Assembly (NCBI GenBank): GCA_044226645.1
Contig: JBGAGR010000023.1
Location: 1,409-25,408, forward strand
Direction: 5' to 3'
DNA from: Aggregatilineales bacterium
Lineage (GTDB): Bacteria; Chloroflexota; Anaerolineae; Aggregatilineales; Phototrophicaceae
DNA length: 24,000 nt
The notes beneath the pieces were generated by a model, which searched no databases, was not told where the DNA came from, and saw only the letters and a program-made list of their open reading frames with translations. Both the position numbers and the translations under genes were made by a program. Of this stretch, positions 9,160 through 16,907 are shown piece after piece (the stretch's first letter is position 1; each line of letters begins with the position of its first letter).

Positions 9160-10446
9160 ATGAAAAAATTCATTCTGATCGCCGTCTTGGTGATGTCTAT
9201 GGTCGTGCTCGGCAGCGTAGCCGTCCACGCACAGGCTAATGTCACCCTGACCTATCTCGCCAGCCAGGGGTGGGTATTCCAATCCGAACAAGACTTGGGG
9301 CAAAAGTTTGAGGAGCAGACCGGAATCCACATTGATTATCAGATTATCCCGGCAGATCAATATTTTAACGTTTTGAAGACCAAATTGAACTCCGGCGAAG
9401 GCCCGGACATTTTTGGTGGGCAGAGTGGTGTCACCGACCTACAGGTGCAGTATGATGTCGAGAAAAATGCTGTCGATCTGTCTGGCGAAGCGTGGGCGAA
9501 GCAGGAAGACCCGCTCGTTCTGGCTCAGTCAACAGTCAACGGCAAGGTCTACGGCCTGACCCTCTGGAATATTTACGGAACGACCTGGGTCGTCAACTAC
9601 AACAAAACGATCTTCGAGAAATATGGGTTGAGCGAACCCAAGACGTTTGACGATTTCAAGGCAATTTGCCAGACACTGCTGGATGCTGGCATTCAGCCGA
9701 TCTATGAACCAGTCTCGGATGGCTGGCATCATGTTCTGTGGTTCCCTGAGAACGGTCCGCGTTACGAGGAAGTCACCCCTGGTTTGGCTAGTGAATTGAA
9801 TGCCAACAAGGCCACTTTTGCGGGCAACGAATCCATGCTGACGGATGTGCAGCAGCTCAAGGAGCTGTATGATGCCGGGTTCATGGGGCAGAATGCTCTC
9901 TCTGATACCTATGCGGACAGGACGAAAGTCTTCTCCAGTGGTAGTGTCGCGATGATTTTGGCGAACCTGACTTTCCCCGAACAGGTTGAAACTGACTATC
10001 CCGATATGAAGGCCGATACCATTGGCGCGTTTGTTATCCCGCTGGTGGACAATCAGAACTTGAATATCAATCCAGCCGGACCCACCAAGTTTATCTATTC
10101 AGGCTCACCGAATATTGACGCGGCAAAACAGTATTTCGATTTCCTCACACAGCCCGACAATATGCAATATCTCATCGATAACACACCTGAATTGAGCAGT
10201 CTGCCATTTCCCGGCCTGAAGAGTAAACTGTCGGACAGCGAGCAGGCATTCCTCGATGCTCATACCCAGCGTGGCACGGTGTACCAGACGGCTGTCAACT
10301 ACGTTAATCCGCAGTGGATGGACATCGGCAAAGATTTGACCGCCATGTTCACCGGGGCAATGCAGCCGGAAGATGTACTGACCAGCATTGACAAGCGACG
10401 CGCCGATCTCGCCAAAGCAGCCAAAGACCCGGCGTGGGGCAGCTAG
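9160..10446 (+). CDS. extracellular sugar-binding protein of an ABC transporter (SBP family 1)
   Basis: Signal peptide 'MKKFILIAVLVMSMVVLGSVAVHAQA' with no lipobox Cys. GAGGAG SD upstream. 428 aa, and followed by two permease genes. Confidence 0.85.
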   Translation: MKKFILIAVLVMSMVVLGSVAVHAQANVTLTYLASQGWVFQSEQDLGQKFEEQTGIHIDYQIIPADQYFNVLKTKLNSGEGPDIFGGQSGVTDLQVQYDVEKNAVDLSGEAWAKQEDPLVLAQSTVNGKVYGLTLWNIYGTTWVVNYNKTIFEKYGLSEPKTFDDFKAICQTLLDAGIQPIYEPVSDGWHHVLWFPENGPRYEEVTPGLASELNANKATFAGNESMLTDVQQLKELYDAGFMGQNALSDTYADRTKVFSSGSVAMILANLTFPEQVETDYPDMKADTIGAFVIPLVDNQNLNINPAGPTKFIYSGSPNIDAAKQYFDFLTQPDNMQYLIDNTPELSSLPFPGLKSKLSDSEQAFLDAHTQRGTVYQTAVNYVNPQWMDIGKDLTAMFTGAMQPEDVLTSIDKRRADLAKAAKDPAWGS

Positions 10447-10481
10447 CTTAATCAGATCCATCGGTCAAAATAGTTTGATCG

Positions 10482-10507
10482 CCCCAATCCGGAAACCCGG
10501 ATTGGGG
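10482..10507 (+). terminator. intercistronic GC-rich stem-loop after the binding-protein gene
   Basis: Perfect 11-bp stem CCCCAATCCGG (10482-10492) / CCGGATTGGGG (10497-10507) with loop AAAC. Only a weak T tract (GTT) follows. Confidence 0.55.
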
Positions 10508-10536
10508 GTTACTAGACTGAATCGCAGGATCAACTC

Positions 10537-11415
10537 ATGAAACCCCGAAACCACTATCCTTTCTATTTTGTGCTGGCAGCCCTTGTCCTATACATTGTAT
10601 TTCTCATCATTCCCAGCCTGAGCGGAATCGCCTATGCTTTTACCGACTGGAACAGTTATTCCGATGAGGTGAATTTCATCGGTCTGACAAATTTCCAAAC
10701 CATATTTTCCCCAGGCGAACAGTATCTAAGTTACATTTCGAATACGTTCTTTTTCACTTTATACACCAGTATATTCAAGTTAGTGTTTGGTCTTGCGCTG
10801 GCGCTTCTCCTGAATGAAGGCGTTAAGCGGTTTGTCCATCTGTACCGGACGATAATCTACCTGCCCGCCGTGTTACCTACCCTCGTGGTTGCACTAATAT
10901 TTAAATCAATCCTCAATCCTGCAACGGGTCTCCTGAATACTTTTTTGCGTGGTGTTGGGGCAGACACGCTGGCAAAACCTTGGCTTGTGGATCCACACAT
11001 CGCACTGATGTCTGTCGTCGGGGTTGATACCTGGAAAGGTGTCGGCTACATAATGGTTATTCTGCTTGCGGGTCTTCAGACTATCCCCCGCGAATATTAC
11101 GAGGCCGCGGAGGTAGACGGCGCGAATGCCTGGTCACGCTTCCGGCATATCACTTTGCCCATGATGATGCCAGCCATCGTCGTCGTGACGGTGCTCAATG
11201 TGCTCTACGGTCTGCGTGTCTTTGACATCGTTTATGCCCTGACCAATGGTGGCCCAGGTTACGCAACCGAAGTCCTTTCGACTGGAATATTCAGAGCATT
11301 TTCGCAAGGACAGTACGGACTTGGCACAGCAGTCTCCAGTATCTTATTCATCATTCTCATCGTTGCTGGCTATTTTGTGATTCGCCTCTTGCAGCGCGAA
11401 CCAACCAGCGAATAG
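10537..11415 (+). CDS. carbohydrate ABC transporter permease (MalF/LacF-like)
   Basis: 292-aa hydrophobic ORF with the EAA loop 'YYEAAEVDGANAWSRFRHITLPMMMPA'. Confidence 0.88.
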   Translation: MKPRNHYPFYFVLAALVLYIVFLIIPSLSGIAYAFTDWNSYSDEVNFIGLTNFQTIFSPGEQYLSYISNTFFFTLYTSIFKLVFGLALALLLNEGVKRFVHLYRTIIYLPAVLPTLVVALIFKSILNPATGLLNTFLRGVGADTLAKPWLVDPHIALMSVVGVDTWKGVGYIMVILLAGLQTIPREYYEAAEVDGANAWSRFRHITLPMMMPAIVVVTVLNVLYGLRVFDIVYALTNGGPGYATEVLSTGIFRAFSQGQYGLGTAVSSILFIILIVAGYFVIRLLQREPTSE

Positions 11416-11445
11416 ATAATGTGGAAAGCATGAGGTAAGCCATCT

Positions 11446-12267
11446 ATGCGGCCTAAAAGAATTCAACGTGTCAGTACCCATTTCGTTGCAATCCTCGTCT
11501 GTCTGCTGATGGTTATTCCCGTATATTTGATTGTCACGAACGCATTTAAATCCGCCGCACAGGCCAGTTCAATGGGTGTCGATCTTCCCTCTGCGATTTA
11601 TCTCGATAACTTCTCAACCGTAGTTGAGAGGGGGAAACTGGTTACAAGCTTTCTCAACAGCGTACTCTATGCTTCCAGTTCAACTATTCTGGCAACCCTT
11701 TTTGCAGCGATGGCGGCCTATGTTCTGGCACGGAATCCAACGCGCCTGAATCGGTTTCTCTACTTCTTCCTGATTATGGGTATCGCTCTTCCGCTAAATT
11801 TCTTTACGCTGACCAAAATTATGCAAATCACCCACCTGATTAACACGAAGGTGGGCATTATCATTCTCTACACCGCGACTCAGATTCCATTTTCGGTTTT
11901 TATTATGTATGGCTTCATCGACTCTGTTCCAAGGGAACTGGATGAAGCTGCCATCATTGATGGCTGTGGGCCGGTTCAGCTTTTTGTCCGGGTTATTCTG
12001 CCGCTGCTCACACCAGTGCTGGTGACGACTGGCATCCTGAATTTCCTGGGGGTCTGGAATGATTTCCTGCTGCCTCTGTACTATCTGAATAACAGCGCTC
12101 ACTGGCCGATGACACTTTCAGTCTACAACTTCTTTGGGCAGTACCAACAGAGTTGGAATCTGGTTTCTGCGGACATCTTACTCACGATTCTACCGGTGAT
12201 ACTCATCTATCTGGCTGGACAGCGTTTCATTCTTTCTGGTCTGACCACAGGAGCGGTCAAAGGCTAG
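11446..12267 (+). CDS. carbohydrate ABC transporter permease (MalG/LacG-like)
   Basis: 273-aa hydrophobic ORF with the EAA loop 'LDEAAIIDGCGPVQLFVRVILPLLTPV'. GAGGT SD upstream. Confidence 0.88.
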   Translation: MRPKRIQRVSTHFVAILVCLLMVIPVYLIVTNAFKSAAQASSMGVDLPSAIYLDNFSTVVERGKLVTSFLNSVLYASSSTILATLFAAMAAYVLARNPTRLNRFLYFFLIMGIALPLNFFTLTKIMQITHLINTKVGIIILYTATQIPFSVFIMYGFIDSVPRELDEAAIIDGCGPVQLFVRVILPLLTPVLVTTGILNFLGVWNDFLLPLYYLNNSAHWPMTLSVYNFFGQYQQSWNLVSADILLTILPVILIYLAGQRFILSGLTTGAVKG

Positions 12268-12359
12268 GCCTTTATAACTCGACCTACCCCTTGGGGAGAA
12301 TTTGTCACCTGCTGTGAAATATTGGTCATTTCAAGTAACAGAAGGTTTTCCTTTTCAAT

Positions 12360-14807
12360 ATGGAGTTTATCTTGCCATCAATCCAATACACTGTTCGCAG
12401 CAACATAGTGACTATCGAAACGCCTAAAGGATTTCTGGAGCTGACACCTTACTCAGACAACATTGTTCATGTGCGCTACGCACAAACTCAAGAGTTCAGT
12501 ACGAAGCCGAGTCTGATGATTCAGCAGTCGCCAACTGCGAATGTTGCTATTGATCTGCGTGAAACCGATACTTACCTTCTCTTTGCAACGTCGAAACTAT
12601 CCATTCGTATAAATAAGCAGACTGGCGCGTTCACCTATCTGGATCGTTCGGGTGAAATTCTGACGAAAGAACCGGATCGAGGCGGGAAAACGCTCGTACC
12701 CATTGAGGTCATGAAATCGGTATTTGACGAAAATGCTGAGGCCAAGATCAGGAAGGATGCCGATGGTGTCCATGCCTATACACCATCGGCTAAACAAATT
12801 TTTGACCGTCAGGCTTTCCATACCAAACTGGAGTTCGAATGGATGGAAGGTGAAGCCCTGTACGGACTTGGCTCCCACGAAGAAGGCATGATGAATTTAC
12901 GGGGGCAGCACCAGTATTTATACCAGCAAAATATGAAGGTGGTTGTCCCAGCTATCCTCTCGACAAGAGGCTATGGCATCCTGCTTGACAGCTATTCGCT
13001 GATGACTTTTCATGACGATGCCTTTGGTTCCTATCTCTGGACGGACGTTGATGATGAACTCGATTACTATTTCATCTACGGGCCGGAATTCGATCAAATT
13101 GTCCACTCTATTCGGCATCTTACCGGTAAAGCCACTCTGCTTCCCCGATGGGCGTTTGGCTATATTCAGTCGAAAGAACGCTATGTCTCTCAGGACGAAC
13201 TCATCAGCGTAGTAAAGGAATATCGGGAACGTGGTCTCCCGCTGGACTGCATCGTGCAAGACTGGAAATCATGGCCACAAGACCTGTGGGGGCAGAAGAC
13301 ACTCGACCCAGAGCGGTTTCCTGACCCAAAGGCATTGACAGATAAACTCCACCAGTTAAATGCTCGGCTGATGATTTCGATCTGGCCGAACATGAATCCA
13401 GGAGGAGATAACTGGTGTGAGATGCGCGATCAGGGCTATCTGCTTGGCAATGGAGGCACTTATGATGCTTTTCAGGAAAAGGCGCGTGACCTGTACTGGA
13501 AGCAGGCCAGGGAGGGCTTATTCGATCACGGCATTGATGCCTGGTGGTGCGATTGTACCGAGCCATTTCAGGCCGATTGGGTGGGTGCATTTAAACCGGA
13601 ACCGGAAGAACGCCTGCGAATCAATACTGAGGAAGCCAAACGCTATCTTGACCCGGAATATATCAACGCCTACTCACTGCTGCATTCTCAGGGCATTTAC
13701 GAGGGACAGCGTAAAACCAGCGCCGACAAGCGCGTTGTCAATCTGACCCGTTCTGCCTATGCCGGGCAGCAGCGCTACAGCACGATTACGTGGTCGGGGG
13801 ACGTTTCCGCCACATGGGAAACACTCCGACGACAGATCGCCGACGGGTTGAATTTCTGTGCCACCGGCTTACCTTACTGGACAACTGATATTGGCGCGTT
13901 CTTCGTTAAAAATGACCCGAAGCTCTGGTTCTGGAATGGTGATTTTGATCGCGGTGTCGAGGATTTAGGCTACCGCGAATTGTACGTGCGCTGGTTCCAG
14001 TACGCCGCTTTTCTGCCCATGTTTCGCGCACATGGCACCGATACACCGCGCGAAATCTGGCGTTTCGGAGAACCGGGAGAACCATTCTATGATGCTCTGG
14101 TAAAATCTCTCCAGCTTCGCTACAGGTTAATCCCTTATATTTATTCACTGGCAGGCAAGGTGACACACGAAGATTACACCATGATACGCGCTCTGCCATT
14201 TGATTTCCGAAATGACCCAGCAACTTATGATGTTGACGATCAATACATGTTTGGGCCAGCCTTGCTGGTGAATCCCATAACGCAGCCCATGTATTACACA
14301 GCGCAATCCAGTCCACTCAAGGACGGGACTAAATCCAAATCAGTTTATTTACCGAAAGGCGCTGATTGGTATGATTTCTGGACAGGGCAGCGCTACACAG
14401 GGGGACAAACCTTATGTGTGGATACAGCGCTGGACACCATACCACTCTATGTACGCAGCGGCTCCATCCTGCCGATTGGCCCCGATATTGTGTATACAGA
14501 TGAGCAGCCCAATGCCCCGCTGAGCTTACATATTTATCCGGGACAGAATGACAATTTCACCCTGTATGACGACGAAGGCGATAACTATAACTATGAGCAG
14601 GGACAATTCGCCACGATTCGCGTCTCATGGGATGAAGCAAATCGATGTCTTACGCTTCATGATCGTCAGGGAAGCTATCCGGGGATGCCGGATTCGCGTG
14701 AGTTTCGTATCATGATTGGGGACAAACCTCATAATCACCTTTTATCAGAATCGTCATCAACCCGAACTATTCGTTACGAAGGGCGGAAAATCAGTATTGA
14801 TCTTTAA
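12360..14807 (+). CDS. glycoside hydrolase family 31 (alpha-glucosidase / alpha-xylosidase type)
   Basis: 815-aa ORF. 'GIDAWWCDCTEPF' fits the GH31 nucleophile signature (W-x-D-x-x-E). 'ITWSGDVSATWETLRRQI' fits the second GH31 signature, and 'IQSKERY' is also present. Substrate specificity cannot be read from the sequence. Confidence 0.8.
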   Translation: MEFILPSIQYTVRSNIVTIETPKGFLELTPYSDNIVHVRYAQTQEFSTKPSLMIQQSPTANVAIDLRETDTYLLFATSKLSIRINKQTGAFTYLDRSGEILTKEPDRGGKTLVPIEVMKSVFDENAEAKIRKDADGVHAYTPSAKQIFDRQAFHTKLEFEWMEGEALYGLGSHEEGMMNLRGQHQYLYQQNMKVVVPAILSTRGYGILLDSYSLMTFHDDAFGSYLWTDVDDELDYYFIYGPEFDQIVHSIRHLTGKATLLPRWAFGYIQSKERYVSQDELISVVKEYRERGLPLDCIVQDWKSWPQDLWGQKTLDPERFPDPKALTDKLHQLNARLMISIWPNMNPGGDNWCEMRDQGYLLGNGGTYDAFQEKARDLYWKQAREGLFDHGIDAWWCDCTEPFQADWVGAFKPEPEERLRINTEEAKRYLDPEYINAYSLLHSQGIYEGQRKTSADKRVVNLTRSAYAGQQRYSTITWSGDVSATWETLRRQIADGLNFCATGLPYWTTDIGAFFVKNDPKLWFWNGDFDRGVEDLGYRELYVRWFQYAAFLPMFRAHGTDTPREIWRFGEPGEPFYDALVKSLQLRYRLIPYIYSLAGKVTHEDYTMIRALPFDFRNDPATYDVDDQYMFGPALLVNPITQPMYYTAQSSPLKDGTKSKSVYLPKGADWYDFWTGQRYTGGQTLCVDTALDTIPLYVRSGSILPIGPDIVYTDEQPNAPLSLHIYPGQNDNFTLYDDEGDNYNYEQGQFATIRVSWDEANRCLTLHDRQGSYPGMPDSREFRIMIGDKPHNHLLSESSSTRTIRYEGRKISIDL

Positions 14808-14932
14808 CCTGGGTAGCAAGTGTCAAACGGGTCATAATCCATAGCATGTTCGCTGCCAGAAATAGAATGGGTTAAAGTGTATATTAACCGTTCAACCGCA
14901 TTCGATGTAAAACTATTTTTGATGAGAACAAA

Positions 14933-16387
14933 ATGACCGCAATCGATCAGGTAATCGCAAATGGGCCATTTCAGGCATCATGGGACTCGCTCAAACACTA
15001 TTCAGTACCCGACTGGTATCAGGATGCTAAATTCGGCATCTTTATCCACTGGGGTCTGTACGCCGTACCAGCCTTCGGCAACGAATGGTATCCCCGCAAT
15101 ATGTATTTGCAGGGATCGGAAGAATTCAAGCACCACGTCGAAACATATGGCTCACATGCAAAATTTGGCTACAAGGATTTTATTCCGCTGTTCAAAGCCG
15201 AAAAATACGACCCCGATCATTGGGCGCAGGTATTCAAGCAAGCAGGTGCTCGCTATATTGTGCCTGTAGCCGAACATCACGATGGATTTGCCATGTATGA
15301 CTCGGCATATTCGAACTGGACTGCTGCAAAGATGGGGCCTAAGCGCGACCTTATTGGCGATCTTGCTGAGGCAGTACGCAAGCAGGGTCTCATCTTTGGT
15401 CTATCGAACCATCGCGCCGAACACTGGTGGTTCATGAATGGCGGGATGCAGTTTGACTCGGATGTTCAGGATGACCGATACCGTGACTTTTACGGGCCAG
15501 CCAAACCCGGCCCTAGAAATTGGGAGGATAAATCCTGGTACAACCGGGATTGGGAACCGAAACCGGACGAGGCCTATCTCAACGACTGGCTGGCTCGAAA
15601 TTGTGAATTGGTCGATAAATATCAGCCGCAGCTTGTCTGGTTTGACTGGTGGATTGAACAAAACATATTCGCGCCTTATATCCAGAAGTTCGCCGCCTAT
15701 TACTATAACCGGGGTGCGCAGTGGAATCGTGGAGTAGCCATCAATTACAAACATCATGCCTTCCCTGATGGAACTGCCGTCTATGATGTCGAACGTGGAC
15801 AGCTTTCTGGCATTCGTCAGTTGTTCTGGCAGACCGATACGGCTGTCTCGAAAAACTCATGGGGTTACGTCAAGAATCAGGATTACAAAACCGTTGATGA
15901 TATTGTGGATGACCTGATTGATATTGTCAGCAAAAATGGCACACTGCTGCTCAACATTGGGCCTCGCCCGGACGGAACTATTCCTGAGCCAGAGGAAAAA
16001 CTCCTCCTTGGAATAGGGGAGTGGCTGGCACAGAATGGTGAGGCGATTTACGGAACGCGCCCTTGGAAAGTTTTTGGCGAAGGCCCGACGCAGGTCAGCG
16101 AAGGTCAGTTCACCGATACTCAGCGATCTGCTTTCACTGGTCAGGATATTCGCTTCACGACCAAAGACGACGCTTTATATGCAATTGCGCTGGCGTGGCC
16201 CGGTGGTTCAGTGACAATCAATTCACTTGGCAGCACTGCCGGATTATGGTCTGCGGAAATTGCCAATGTTCAGCTTCTAGGGTACCCAGACAATTTAAAC
16301 TGGCAGCGCGATGCAAACGGACTGACGATTCAACTACCCGGTCAACCACCGGGGCAACATGCGTTTGTATTCAAAATTACGAGATGA
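14933..16387 (+). CDS. glycoside hydrolase family 29 alpha-L-fucosidase
   Basis: 484-aa ORF. 'WYQDAKFGIFIHWGLYAVPAFGNEWY' is the classic GH29 N-terminal motif. Also 'AEHHDGFAMYDS' and 'LVWFDWW'. Confidence 0.85.
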   Translation: MTAIDQVIANGPFQASWDSLKHYSVPDWYQDAKFGIFIHWGLYAVPAFGNEWYPRNMYLQGSEEFKHHVETYGSHAKFGYKDFIPLFKAEKYDPDHWAQVFKQAGARYIVPVAEHHDGFAMYDSAYSNWTAAKMGPKRDLIGDLAEAVRKQGLIFGLSNHRAEHWWFMNGGMQFDSDVQDDRYRDFYGPAKPGPRNWEDKSWYNRDWEPKPDEAYLNDWLARNCELVDKYQPQLVWFDWWIEQNIFAPYIQKFAAYYYNRGAQWNRGVAINYKHHAFPDGTAVYDVERGQLSGIRQLFWQTDTAVSKNSWGYVKNQDYKTVDDIVDDLIDIVSKNGTLLLNIGPRPDGTIPEPEEKLLLGIGEWLAQNGEAIYGTRPWKVFGEGPTQVSEGQFTDTQRSAFTGQDIRFTTKDDALYAIALAWPGGSVTINSLGSTAGLWSAEIANVQLLGYPDNLNWQRDANGLTIQLPGQPPGQHAFVFKITR

Positions 16388-16599
16388 ACGTTTCTGCCAC
16401 GCGAAAGGCGCAGAAGGTAGCAAGCAGATAATCCAGCAGTTACTTTGTCGCAGTGAGTATGCTGACTGACAAATAATCAATTACATTCAGTCTGACAATA
16501 GAGATCGAAGGTAAGGGATAAAAGCGCATTGTTGGGGTATCATAGCGAACTGACTGCATCATTTGAAGACGACATAATTTTTGATGGAGACAGTACAAA

Positions 16600-16907
16600 T
16601 TGTAAACGACCCCACACCGAAAGGTGGAGGCTTTCAATAACCCAACGTTTACCCGACTCAGGCTTGAAACAAAGCCTACGTTAGGGGCGAATAGATAGGC
16701 ACTTCGGGATGCTTCACCAGTCCCGAACCCTGCGGTATACGATTAAACAGGCTAAAGGGAATATGCCAGTGTCGTATACATGATTGAACAAGGGGACGCT
16801 ACGCGCACGAAAGTGTTTGCAATCCCCTTATTCAATCAAAACCGCTCCATAACATTGTCAAGGTGAGCTTTACTCCCGCAAGGGAAGATTATTGAGGTAA
16901 CTCAATG
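16600..16907 (+). ncRNA. candidate omega RNA scaffold of the IscB system (5' end and guide position not determined)
   Basis: Dense perfect local stems:
- 16602-08/16646-52 (7 bp), enclosing the CACC-GAAA-GGTG hairpin (16615-26)
- 16660-65/16672-77 (6 bp)
- 16703-09/16721-27 (7 bp)
- 16735-42/16772-79 (8 bp)
- 16781-96/16823-38 (8+7 bp around one C/A mismatch, tipped by CAC-GAAA-GTG)
- TCCC-GCAA-GGGA (16874-85)
- ATTGAG-GTAA-CTCAAT (16891-906)
The region lies directly upstream of iscB, on the same strand, and overlaps its start. Confidence 0.6.

Noticed and set aside
9361-9375. TTTTAACGTTTTG inside the SBP gene as another TTAAACGTTTAA operator
   Set aside because: It lacks one A of the half-site, so spacing and symmetry differ. 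It also lies within coding sequence, so it is probably coincidental.
12597-14316. Multiple 66-136-aa ORFs on both strands inside the GH31 gene
   Set aside because: They are shadow ORFs within a continuous 815-aa CDS. The translations are low-complexity (Ser/Arg/Pro-rich) with no motifs.
14884-14895. TTAACCGTTCAA upstream of the GH29 gene as a LacI operator
   Set aside because: It is not a palindrome: only the outer two positions pair. It matches none of the three operator words seen elsewhere.
16440-16637. 65-aa minus-strand ORF in the GH29-iscB gap
   Set aside because: It has no SD and an odd composition, and it overlaps the structured or AT-rich non-coding region. It is more likely a chance ORF in AT-rich DNA than a gene such as a tnpA remnant. 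It shows no Y1-transposase HUH or Tyr motifs.
16494-16860. Long-range 7-nt complementarity, TGACAAT (16494-500) with ATTGTCA (16854-60), as a possible pseudoknot or guide-closing helix
   Set aside because: Several 7-nt long-range complementarities are expected by chance within 500 nt, and the flanking bases do not extend the pairing. It cannot be claimed without covariation data.
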